The position numbers and the translations under genes are program-made. The notes under the pieces were generated by a model, which was not told the DNA's origin, did not search any database, and saw only the letters and a list, made by a program, of their open reading frames with translations. Positions 18,768-27,159 of a stretch of DNA of 45,017 nt are shown in pieces. The stretch spans positions 1 through 45,017 of the forward strand of contig JBCCXZ010000027.1 in the NCBI GenBank assembly GCA_039190745.1. Direction: 5' to 3'. How positions within the stretch are numbered: position 1 is the first letter of the stretch; each line of letters begins with the position of its first letter. This DNA is from Planctomycetota bacterium. GTDB lineage: Bacteria > Planctomycetota > Planctomycetia > Pirellulales > Lacipirellulaceae.

Positions 18768-20483
18768 TCAGGCGTCTGGGTGGTTGAGTGTGGGTAGCGC
18801 CGGCCACTCGATCGCGCCGGTTCGCGGCGTCGCGTCTTGCCGTCTGACGCTTGGCGCCAAGTAGTCTTCGTTCTGTGGGTGGTCGTACCGCGACGAGCGG
18901 CCCCACAGCTCGGCGATCCGGTCCCGGTACAGCAGCGACCACTCAGGAGCCGCCAAGGTTTGTTGCCGCTTCATGACCTCAACCGAGTTTTCGTAGCGAC
19001 GATCCACGAGCACCAAGTCGGGCTTGCCGAGCGAAAGCACGCGGGCGCCGTCAACCGGCCCCGAGGTTGCCGCACGGTTGCGGAGGCCCTGGGCGTCGCC
19101 GAGCAGGAAGTCGAAGTGGGCGTCGACCACCTCCTGCGGGTAGCACGTGCGGAAGCGTCCGTCGAAGCCGACTGTCGTGCCGTCGTCGGCAAGTGCCGCA
19201 ATGGCGTACTGGGCCCAGTTGAACGAAACCACCAACCGGCCGTGCAGGCCGTGGTCGGCCATGAACTGCACGGCGTCTACGGGATAGTTGGCCCGAGGAA
19301 CAGGGAAGCTCCGCAGGTTGCCCGCCAGCACCCAGCCGTGCATTGCGCAGCTGACGACCAACGCCGCCAAAGCGGTGTGCCGAATAGCGCGCCCCGGGCT
19401 GAGCCCGGCCATCGCCACCCCGCTCGGTCGCAGCCGCACTAACGCGGAACGCAAGTGCACCGGCAGCCAGAACCCGCACAGCAGTGCGAAGAACGCGATG
19501 TGCCGCAGGTGGCTCCACGCTTGGTAGGCGACCAACGCGAGAATTGTGATTTGTACCCAGTCTCGCCTTTCCGTCGTGCCGGCAACCGCCGCGACGGTCA
19601 CCACGCACAACGCCACCAGAGGCCAGAACACCGGCGTGTCGATCGTGGGCGGCAGCCATTCGGTGATTTCCGGACGCGGCTGACCAAGCGAGGCGATCAA
19701 CCAGCGGTGGAGTTCGAGGCCGTAGGGCGTGCAGAGCGTGGCCGCCAAGCAAGCGATTCCCACTGCCGAGAGTCCTGCTGACGTCTTCAGGTATCCCGCC
19801 GGCCGGCGGGATATCACCTCGGCGATGCGGCCCAGCAGCAAAGCTCCTATGATGCACAGCCCCGCCACAAACGCACCGTGAGAGTTCACCCACACGGCCA
19901 TGATGATCGGAACCAAGGCGAGCGGTTTCCAGTCGACACGCAGCGAGTCCCCCCAGTCGCGGAACGCGCGGTCGAGCGCGACCAGCGTCGCCGCACACCA
20001 GACGAAGCTCAGCAACTGCGGGCGGAGCGGGAAGAAAGCTTGCAGGTTGCGGGCGATGAGCCACAGGAAGACCCACGCCAAGAGCGGCCCCACGCCGTGG
20101 CGGCGGGCGACCCAGGCCATCGAGGCGAGGATGCCCAGGCCGATAGCGCACTTCGCAAGCAGCAGCCCGCGGACGCCGAGCACGCGGTAGCCCTCGGCCA
20201 TCGCCAGCTCGGCGAGGTTTTCGTGGTTCACCCAAGGGTGCCCCACAGCGGTGTAGGTGTGGGTAGCGGTGCGGTGCAGCGTGCCGTCGGCGAGCCAGTC
20301 CTGCCCGTAGCGGACATGACCCCAGAGGTCGGGGTCGACCAGGTTCAGGGAGACCATGCCCGCGCACGAGAGCACGATGGCGCCAACGACCCAGTTGCGC
20401 AGCGTGCCGATCTGCCGGATGGCCACGGTGCGGTCGATGCCGATACCGGCAGCGGTGGATGGGGCGGCGGTGCTAGCGTTCAT
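18768..20483 (-). CDS. Polytopic membrane protein, GT-C-like
   Basis: Multiple hydrophobic helices, an acidic DPDLWGH motif after the first TM, RPQLLS, WVNSHGAF and a C-terminal FDGRF. Directly upstream of the GT2. Start uncertain (20483 vs 20564). Confidence 0.7.
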   Translation of the reverse strand: MNASTAAPSTAAGIGIDRTVAIRQIGTLRNWVVGAIVLSCAGMVSLNLVDPDLWGHVRYGQDWLADGTLHRTATHTYTAVGHPWVNHENLAELAMAEGYRVLGVRGLLLAKCAIGLGILASMAWVARRHGVGPLLAWVFLWLIARNLQAFFPLRPQLLSFVWCAATLVALDRAFRDWGDSLRVDWKPLALVPIIMAVWVNSHGAFVAGLCIIGALLLGRIAEVISRRPAGYLKTSAGLSAVGIACLAATLCTPYGLELHRWLIASLGQPRPEITEWLPPTIDTPVFWPLVALCVVTVAAVAGTTERRDWVQITILALVAYQAWSHLRHIAFFALLCGFWLPVHLRSALVRLRPSGVAMAGLSPGRAIRHTALAALVVSCAMHGWVLAGNLRSFPVPRANYPVDAVQFMADHGLHGRLVVSFNWAQYAIAALADDGTTVGFDGRFRTCYPQEVVDAHFDFLLGDAQGLRNRAATSGPVDGARVLSLGKPDLVLVDRRYENSVEVMKRQQTLAAPEWSLLYRDRIAELWGRSSRYDHPQNEDYLAPSVRRQDATPRTGAIEWPALPTLNHPDA

Positions 20484-20848
20484 AAAGCTAAGCGAGAGTG
20501 GGGGAGCGGCCGTCGGCGCCGGCACAACCGGCGCACATTGCCCCCGCATGGAAGTCCACCCCAAACCTACCCCACTATTGCGCGCGGTTCGGCCGTCTCA
20601 CTCGGCGAAGATAAGGCTCCGATTCGGCCCGCTGAGGCCGATCTGTCACAACCGGTACACACCGCTTTCTACAGGTTTCCTTCGAGAAAAGCCTGTTGGG
20701 TTGATCGCCGTTGGCACCCCCCGGGCCATCTGTTAACCTCCTCGCCGTCTCGTCAGTAGCCGAACCGGCTGGGCCGTCGTCGACGGTTTGCCGGGGTCGT
20801 GCCGGTTGGCCCTCAGGCCCGCCGGTCTTTGAGGGAGAGTGGCCTGCC

Positions 20849-21370
20849 ATGAGCACCGACCGCAAACAGGGTTTGCGTGTGCATATCCGTTGGATGATCC
20901 GCCGCGACATGCCCGAGGTCCTCGGCATCGAGTCCGAGAGCTTCGAGTTCCCCTGGTTCGAGGAGGACTTCATCCGCTGCCTGCGGCAACGCAACTGCAT
21001 CGGCATGGTCGCCGAGAGCGGCGAGCGGGTCGTGGGTTTTATGATCTACGAACTGCACCGCACCCGGCTGCACATCCTGAACTTCGCGGTCGCGGCCGAC
21101 GCCCGCCGCGACGGCGTGGGCAGCCAGATGGTCGACAAGCTCATCGGCAAGCTCTCCAGCGAGCGCCGGACGCGCATCTCGCTGGAAGTCCGCGAGACCA
21201 ACCTGCCGGCGCAGCTGTTCTTCAAAGAGGTCGGCTTCCGCGCGACCACCGTGCTGCGGGCTTATTACGAAGACTCGCCCGAAGACGCGTACATTATGCA
21301 GTTCCGCTACGACGCAAAGCCGGACGAGGCCGCGACCTCGACCAACCGCCTGGGGCGACTGGCCGGCTAG
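20849..21370 (+). CDS. rimI: Ribosomal protein S18 N-acetyltransferase RimI-like
   Basis: IRWMIRRDMPEVLGIE, HILNFAV, LEVRETNLPAQLFF and YYEDSPEDAYIM. GAGGGAG upstream of ATG 20849. Confidence 0.85.
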   Translation: MSTDRKQGLRVHIRWMIRRDMPEVLGIESESFEFPWFEEDFIRCLRQRNCIGMVAESGERVVGFMIYELHRTRLHILNFAVAADARRDGVGSQMVDKLIGKLSSERRTRISLEVRETNLPAQLFFKEVGFRATTVLRAYYEDSPEDAYIMQFRYDAKPDEAATSTNRLGRLAG

Positions 21371-21382
21371 CGTTCTTGGGGG

Positions 21383-21865
21383 TCACAGGCTGACGATGGT
21401 CGCTTCGAGCGCTTCGAGGTCGACTACCGCGATCGAATGCGGGTTCGCTCGGTAGACGGCACCCGGGTTGAGCACCACCGTTTCGCCCGCGTGCTCGATG
21501 AGCGCCTCGTGCGTGTGGCCGTAGCATACGAGGTCCCAGGCGCCGCTGGAGATCGTTTCCCGGAATCGAGCTGCGTCGTGGCTGTGCAAGAGCGCCACGC
21601 GGCGTCCGGCGATCTCCAGGCCGCCAAACTCGCCGTGGCAGGTTTGGCCCGCCGCTTCGATCGACGCCCGCAGCCCGGCGTGGTCGTAGTCGCAGTTGCC
21701 GAAGACGAAGTCGGTTGGCCAGGGTGCGAACTGCTCGACGACTTCGGCTGTGCCGATGTCGCCGCAGTGCAGCACGCGCTCAACCTCTAAAGCCTTGAGC
21801 ATCGTCACCGCTGGACTGGTAAGCTCCAAGTGCCCGTGGGTGTCGCTGACGACGCCAATCCGCAT
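21383..21865 (-). CDS. YfcE/MJ0936 family metallophosphoesterase
   Basis: SDTHG, HCGD, GNCD, GHTH and NPGA motifs. Confidence 0.9.
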   Translation of the reverse strand: MRIGVVSDTHGHLELTSPAVTMLKALEVERVLHCGDIGTAEVVEQFAPWPTDFVFGNCDYDHAGLRASIEAAGQTCHGEFGGLEIAGRRVALLHSHDAARFRETISSGAWDLVCYGHTHEALIEHAGETVVLNPGAVYRANPHSIAVVDLEALEATIVSL

Positions 21866-21896
21866 GCTTGCCCTCTCCTGGTTCGGATGTCTTGTC

Positions 21897-23018
21897 TCAG
21901 TCGTAGAGGCGTGCTTCCATCGCCCCGGCCCGATCGCGGAGCAGCGGTTCGACTTCGTCGGGCCGCGCCGCTTCGGCGAAAACCGTCAGAACCGGGTCTC
22001 CAGCGTCGAAGACCGTTCCGCCATGCGGGATGTCGGCATAGCCCCCGTGGCCGGGAGATTCTAGCAGCTCTTCCGCCAAGCGTTGCGAGAGCGTGAACGG
22101 CCGTTGCGCATAGAGGATCGCCTTCCCCGCAGCTTTTTGTGGCCGCGGCAGGTTCTCGGGGGTTCGGCCTCGGCAGGAGTCCACGTGCCCCGGGATGGTG
22201 CTCGTTCCGAGGCAGCGTTCGAGTACTTCGACCGAAGCGGTGTACCGCGGGTTGATTTCCAGAACCCACGGCTGCCCGCCGTCGAGGACAAAATCCACGC
22301 CGAACAACCCGGCGAGGCCGAACGACGCAGTGGCGGTGTTGGCGAATTGCTGCAGCCCTTGGGCGGCGGACAAGGGGACCGCCCACGGCGCGATCGAGCC
22401 GCAGTAGGCGAATCCGCTGGAGCCGGTCCACGCCTCGCCCGTGAGCTGCCGGGAGACGCCGACCAGCCGGGCTACGCCGCGAGAAGCCAAGAACACCGCC
22501 GCCCCGCTCTGCCCCGTCACACGGCGTTGCAACAACGCGTCTGATGGGCGGTCAGCCGGCTTGAGTTGTTCCCAATTCTCGGTGGACCATACCCGTCCGC
22601 CCCCGGCGCTTGCCGCCGCTTTCACAAGCCAACCGGCCTCTAACGCTCGGTCTTCCAGAGTCGCGGTGTCGGGGAACCCCACGCCGCTCTCCGTGGCCAG
22701 CGACGCCAACCGCTGGGGATCGCGGCAACCGGCGAGCGCCTGCGGGCCGTTCCCTAGCAGCGGCTTCACCTCTGCCATCCTCCCGACGAGATCGGGCCGA
22801 TTCTCCAAAGCGCCCGTGTAGAGCCAGCCGTCGCAATCGGCGTCGGCGAGCCAGCCTTCCAACGCCGCGGGGTAATCCGCAATCCGCGTCGCATGGCAGC
22901 GGGCCGCGAGGTCGGCGTCGGCGAACAGGTCGGCCGCGATCACCTCGAATCCTGCGTCGACCGCTGAACAAGCCGCCGCACGCGCGCTCGCCCCGACGAT
23001 GGCCAGCCGCTTCGGCAT
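21897..23018 (-). CDS. ATP-grasp ligase of the type associated with H4MPT/methanofuran C1 gene sets
   Basis: Start reassigned to MPKRLAIVGASARAAA, which overlaps the upstream TGA. Motifs ADLFADADL, LVKAAASAGG, GLFGVDF and VLEINPRYTASVE. Confidence 0.78.
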   Translation of the reverse strand: MPKRLAIVGASARAAACSAVDAGFEVIAADLFADADLAARCHATRIADYPAALEGWLADADCDGWLYTGALENRPDLVGRMAEVKPLLGNGPQALAGCRDPQRLASLATESGVGFPDTATLEDRALEAGWLVKAAASAGGGRVWSTENWEQLKPADRPSDALLQRRVTGQSGAAVFLASRGVARLVGVSRQLTGEAWTGSSGFAYCGSIAPWAVPLSAAQGLQQFANTATASFGLAGLFGVDFVLDGGQPWVLEINPRYTASVEVLERCLGTSTIPGHVDSCRGRTPENLPRPQKAAGKAILYAQRPFTLSQRLAEELLESPGHGGYADIPHGGTVFDAGDPVLTVFAEAARPDEVEPLLRDRAGAMEARLYD

Positions 23019-23440
23019 CACTCCGCCGTGCCGCGGCCGGCGTCGCGCGAGCCGTAGCGGCCCCGGAACTCCTCGACCGGGTACTTCCGGGCGTTCTTCT
23101 CCATCTTGGCGTGGATGGTCGAAGCCAGGTCGATGTCCAAGGCGTTGGCGATCGCCAGCGTGTAGCTGAGCACGTCGACGAGCTCCTCTTCCACGTCGCG
23201 CATCACCTCGGGGCGCTCGCCGACGCAACGAGACTCCTCGACCCCCAGCCACTGGAAGTGCTCCATCAGCTCGGCGGCCTCGATCGAGAGGGCCATCGTC
23301 AAGTTCTTCGGCGCGTGGAACTGATTCCAGTCGCGCTCGTCGACGAAGCGGCGGACCAAGTCGCGGAGCTCGGCGACCGTGGAGACAGAATCGTGGGGGG
23401 CCTGGTTGGTGCTCTGAGAATCGGCGGCGGGGTCGCTCAT
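23018..23440 (-). CDS. MazG-like nucleotide pyrophosphohydrolase (dCTP pyrophosphatase type)
   Basis: ERDWNQFHAPKNL, EAAELMEHFQW, EELVDV and KMEKNARKYP. Confidence 0.9.
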   Translation of the reverse strand: MSDPAADSQSTNQAPHDSVSTVAELRDLVRRFVDERDWNQFHAPKNLTMALSIEAAELMEHFQWLGVEESRCVGERPEVMRDVEEELVDVLSYTLAIANALDIDLASTIHAKMEKNARKYPVEEFRGRYGSRDAGRGTAE

Positions 23441-24441
23441 GCGGCGCGGGCGTTGCGGGTGAGGTCGATGCCCGCCTCGGCGAACCCGGGCGGCGGCCGG
23501 CGGCCCGGCTGCGGCGCATGATAGCGCTCCCGGTAACCGTCTGCCAAGAGCCCCAGCACCTCGAGCGACATCAGGTCGGCCCGGCTCATCACGTGCCGGG
23601 CGCTGCGGTTGCCCAGCCCGCCGACCAGTTCTTCGAGTACCTCGACGTGTAAGGCGATTGCCCGCTGCGAGCTAACCCCCGCCTCGACGAGCCGATTGAC
23701 GAGCCCGGCCAGCTCGTCCCCCAGCCGGCCGCTGCCCATCATGACGTAGGCCCGCAGGATCTCGCTGTAGCGTGCAGCAAGCTCGGGCGGCAGCGGCGCC
23801 TGGGCCGCGTCGCCTGCCAGGCGTGCCCCCAGAGGCAACGCGGGGCCCGTCGACGACTCTTGCGGAGAGTTGGTCGCCCCGTCCTGCGGTTCTCGGAGGA
23901 CTTCGATGTCGGCCAACAACGCCCGCTGTTGTCGGAGCAGGCTCTCGGTCTCGTGGTGCTCCTGCCGCAGCCGCTGGCGGTCGGCCTCGAGCAGCCGGCG
24001 GTTTTCTTGCACCAGCCGCGACCGTTCGACCGCCCGTGCAATGGTCCAGTAAAGACCGCGGACCGTCGTGTGGGTAAGGCAGGCGTAGCCGTCGGCCCCC
24101 GACTCGTAGCAGAGCGCGTCCGCCTCGTTCGGGGGCATCTCGCCGACGATCACGACCGGCTCGGCTCCGCCGCCCGCCCGCAGGCCCTCGGCAAAGGCGA
24201 ATGCGTCGACCGCGGGCGGTCGGTGCGGCGCCAGCACCGCGTCGAAGGGCTCGTCACGCAAGCACTCGATCGCGGCTGGCGCGCCCGCCACGCAGTGCAG
24301 GTCGAACTGCACCGCGTTGTCTCCGGCGATCGCCGTCGGCGCCCAGTCGTCCGACCCGTCGCCCGCGGAAACCAGCAGCATTTTCACCCTCCCCGGAAGC
24401 AGGGCGGAGAGGCCGTCGGGCGTGGGCGTGCTGGCGTTCAT
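23437..24441 (-). CDS. Atypical receiver-domain protein with a C-terminal KaiA/RsbU-type helical domain
   Basis: Receiver-like fold (KMLLVS...FDAVLAPH...PVVIVG...GADGY) lacking the canonical Asp residues. A coiled coil is followed by YSEILRAY...IALHVEVLEE...LEVLGLLADGYR. Start inferred. Confidence 0.7.
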   Translation of the reverse strand: MNASTPTPDGLSALLPGRVKMLLVSAGDGSDDWAPTAIAGDNAVQFDLHCVAGAPAAIECLRDEPFDAVLAPHRPPAVDAFAFAEGLRAGGGAEPVVIVGEMPPNEADALCYESGADGYACLTHTTVRGLYWTIARAVERSRLVQENRRLLEADRQRLRQEHHETESLLRQQRALLADIEVLREPQDGATNSPQESSTGPALPLGARLAGDAAQAPLPPELAARYSEILRAYVMMGSGRLGDELAGLVNRLVEAGVSSQRAIALHVEVLEELVGGLGNRSARHVMSRADLMSLEVLGLLADGYRERYHAPQPGRRPPPGFAEAGIDLTRNARAA

Positions 24442-24632
24442 GCGGGCGGTTCCACCGAGGGCCGGTTCCACAGGGGTATCGGGGCAGGGAGGATACGAAC
24501 GCCGCCGCGGAGCGTCAATCGCGCCGCCCCGCCGGGCTTCCCCAGCTTTCCGTCGCGGGTCTAGAATCGCGGAGGCACCGTCGGCACGCGGGACGCCCCT
24601 TAGCCGCTTACGAACAGAGGAACACAACCACC

Positions 24633-25805
24633 ATGAGAATCGCTTACCTCGACTGCGCCAGCGGCGTCAGCGGCGACATGATGCTCGGCGCCCTGATCGA
24701 CGCCGGGGTCGACCTGGCGGCCGTGCAGGCGGCGGTCGACTCGCTTGGCCTGCCGAACTGCCGGCTGCAGACCGAGACCGTCAAGAAACGCGGTTTCCGC
24801 GCCCTGCAGCTCACCGTTCACCACGAGCCCGAACACGCCCACCGGCACCTGCACCACATCGAGGAGATGATCGAGCGGAGCGCCCTCACGTCCGAGCAAC
24901 GCCGGTTGGCGCTGGCCATCTTCGGCCGCGTCGCCGAGGCCGAGGCCAAGGTCCACGGCACGACCATCGAGAAGGTGCACTTCCACGAGGTGGGTGCGGT
25001 CGACTCGATCGCCGACATCGTCGGCTCGGCTGTCGCTTGGAGCCTGCTGGGCGTCGACCGGGTCGAGTGCTCCCCGGTGCCGACGGGCAACGGATTCGTC
25101 GAGATCGCGCACGGCCGCTGCGCGATCCCGGCCCCCGCCACCGGCGAGCTGCTCAAAGGCGTCCCCCTCGCGGCGACCGACGTCGAGGGCGAGCTGACCA
25201 CGCCGACGGGCGCCGCGATCGTCGCCGAGATGGCCGACGCCTTCGGCAACCTGCCGGCGATGTCGATCGAAGCAATTGGCTACGGCGCCGGCCAGAAAGA
25301 CTTCCCGCAGGCCAACCTGCTGCGACTGCTGGTGGGCGAGTCGGCCGGCCCTGCCGGCGAAGTGCAGTCAGACACGATTACGCTGCTGGACACCAACCTC
25401 GATGATTGCTCCGGGGAGCAGATCGGCCGGTGCGCGGAACTGCTTTGGGCGGCCGGTGCGCTCGACGTCTGCATCACGCCGCTCACCATGAAGAAAGGCC
25501 GACCGGGCGTGCACCTCAGCCTACATTGCCGTCCGGCCGACGCCGACAAGCTGGCCGAGATCGTCTTCACCGAGACCACGGCGCTCGGCATGCGCCGCAG
25601 CCGGGCCGACCGGCTGGTGCTGCCGCGCGAGGCTACAACCGTCACAACCCCGTGGGGGGGCGTAGCCGGCAAGGTCGCCACTCTCCCCGACGGCAGCCGG
25701 AGGTTCTCGCCCGAGTACGATTCCTGCCGCGAGATCGCCGATAAAGAAAACAAGCCGTGGGCCGATGTGGCCGAAGCCGCCCGCCGGGCGTACGACTCTG
25801 GTTGA
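24633..25805 (+). CDS. larC: Nickel-pincer cofactor nickel insertase LarC
   Basis: MRIAYLDCASGVSGDMMLGAL, His-rich HHEPEHAHRHLHH, VHFHEVGAVDSIAD, GELTTPTGAAI, TMKKGRPG and FSPEYDSC. AGAGGA RBS. Confidence 0.93.
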   Translation: MRIAYLDCASGVSGDMMLGALIDAGVDLAAVQAAVDSLGLPNCRLQTETVKKRGFRALQLTVHHEPEHAHRHLHHIEEMIERSALTSEQRRLALAIFGRVAEAEAKVHGTTIEKVHFHEVGAVDSIADIVGSAVAWSLLGVDRVECSPVPTGNGFVEIAHGRCAIPAPATGELLKGVPLAATDVEGELTTPTGAAIVAEMADAFGNLPAMSIEAIGYGAGQKDFPQANLLRLLVGESAGPAGEVQSDTITLLDTNLDDCSGEQIGRCAELLWAAGALDVCITPLTMKKGRPGVHLSLHCRPADADKLAEIVFTETTALGMRRSRADRLVLPREATTVTTPWGGVAGKVATLPDGSRRFSPEYDSCREIADKENKPWADVAEAARRAYDSG

Positions 25806-25825
25806 ACGTGCACGCCGGGTTTGTT

Positions 25826-25998
25826 GAACCACGAAAAGCACGAAAGAAACGAAAAAGAAGAGATTGGTCAGAAAGGCAGAGGGGAGTAGGAACACTAATC
25901 TGCACTAATCGTCGCTAATCCGGATTAGTGCAGATTAGCGTCGATCAGTGTTCCCACACTTCCTCCTTCCTTTCGTTTTTTAGTTCCTTTCGTGGTTC
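25826..25998. repeat. Nested palindromic intergenic element, copy 2 (CGAAA outer arms + CTAAT core)
   Basis: Arms GAACCACGAAAAGCACGAAAGAAACGAAA ... TTTCGT...TTTCGTGGTTC. Core at 25890-25953: GAACACTAAT CTGCACTAAT CGTCGCTAAT CCGG ATTAGTGCAG ATTAGCGTCG ATCAGTGTTC. Confidence 0.92.
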
Positions 25999-26020
25999 CA
26001 AACAGAAGCAAGAGAGTCCG

Positions 26021-26389
26021 ATGACCCCCCTGCTCGCGAACACCCCCGCCGTGTGGATGTTTACCGCGGGCTGTGCGCTCTTGAGCTACCTGCTGCTGCG
26101 TCGGTCGTTCCGCTACTTCGGCCGCCGCGGCAACCGACGGTCAAGTGCTTACCTGGAACGCGTCGCCCGGCCCAAGAGCGAGTGGGACGGCATGCAACGC
26201 GACGCCGCCGCGCACATCGAACGCCAGAAAGTGGAGCTCCACGACATGAGCCGAGACCTCAACGGCGAGCTCAGCTCGCGCATCATCGTGCTGGAGCGGC
26301 TCATCGCCGAGAGCTCCGACCAGATCCGGCGGATGGAGACGCTGCTCGACGAGATGGAGCGTGCCCAGGCGGCGACCGCCGAGCGCTAA
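26021..26389 (+). CDS. Hypothetical protein with N-terminal TM helix and coiled coil
   Basis: MTPLLANTPAVWMFTAGCALLSYLLLRR followed by a helical charged region. Start placed after the palindrome. Confidence 0.7.
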   Translation: MTPLLANTPAVWMFTAGCALLSYLLLRRSFRYFGRRGNRRSSAYLERVARPKSEWDGMQRDAAAHIERQKVELHDMSRDLNGELSSRIIVLERLIAESSDQIRRMETLLDEMERAQAATAER

Positions 26390-27057
26390 CCCTCGACCAA
26401 CTCGAGCGTGATCCAGCAGCTGGGGTCCTCTTCGTACGGCAGGTGCGGGCCGTTGCTGAGCGTTTGCAGGCCGAGCTCGCGGTCGAGCAGCGCGTAGGTG
26501 AAGCCGATGGAACGCTGCTGCTGCGGGTCGTAGCCGCCCAGCGCCTGGGCCGAGACGAATGCGCTGAGTGTGTAGCCTGTCTTCTTCACAGACGACTTGG
26601 CCGTGATCTCCCGCGGCCGGATCGGCCGGGCGTTTTCCCGGGCGCGGTTGATGAGCACCTGGTCGGCGACCGCGTCCTCGGCCGAGCGCCCCCCGCCGCG
26701 GGGCAGGAACGCAAACCGGTGGCAGAACCGCGTCGCCCGGTGCACGTTGTGCGTCGCCCGCGTGTCGACCCACACCTGCAGGCCGTCGCTGTCTTCGAGC
26801 CGCGACTCGCGGCACCAGGGCAGCTGATGCTTGCCCGTGACGGTGGCCTGCCAGGCGATGCCCTCCGGGGCCCACGCCATGCGGACGTCGGCGAAGGTGC
26901 GTTCGCCGTCGAGCTGCCCCAGGTCGGGCAGGCGGTGCTCCTCGCCGAGCTTGACGCCGGCGGCCGACCAGATCGGCTTGTGTGGGCGCACCTCGGTCCG
27001 GAAGCGGAACAGAAACCGCGGCGGGACGAGCGGGCTTTCAGCGGGAGGTGCGGGCAT
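26386..27057 (-). CDS. Hypothetical protein (possible CBM9/DOMON-like beta fold)
   Basis: Compact ORF with FADVRMAW, DGLQVWVDTR, GYTLSAFV and IGFTYALLD. The fold guess is tentative. Confidence 0.7.
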   Translation of the reverse strand: MPAPPAESPLVPPRFLFRFRTEVRPHKPIWSAAGVKLGEEHRLPDLGQLDGERTFADVRMAWAPEGIAWQATVTGKHQLPWCRESRLEDSDGLQVWVDTRATHNVHRATRFCHRFAFLPRGGGRSAEDAVADQVLINRARENARPIRPREITAKSSVKKTGYTLSAFVSAQALGGYDPQQQRSIGFTYALLDRELGLQTLSNGPHLPYEEDPSCWITLELVEG

Positions 27058-27101
27058 GGGGATATCGTACCGCTCTGGCGACTAACACACGAGCCGCGCA
27101 C

Positions 27102-27135
27102 AAAAAACGGGGCACCCGTCGCGGGGCGCCCCGTT
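27102..27135 (-). terminator. Rho-independent terminator of the DUF1559 gene
   Basis: Hairpin AACGGGGCACCC-GTCGCG-GGGCGCCCCGTT with an A-tract on the left (U-tract on the minus strand), about 25 bp after the stop. Confidence 0.75.
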
Positions 27136-27159
27136 GAAGATGCAGGTTGTGTTAACGGG

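Noticed and set aside
20484..20848. Possible ncRNA/riboswitch in the gap before rimI
   Set aside because: Only a weak imperfect hairpin (ACAGGTTT...AAGCCTGT) is present, with no recognisable RNA family signature.
21897..23519. 540-aa ORF as a MazG/ATP-grasp fusion or frameshift
   Set aside because: The MazG-like gene is in another frame with its own stop overlapping the ATP-grasp ATG, which is ordinary translational coupling.
25928..26020. ORF starts inside the palindromes (25928, 25521..25895, 30492, 33579, 44767)
   Set aside because: These low-complexity peptides (e.g. FFFVSFVLFVV) are translations of the repeat arms.
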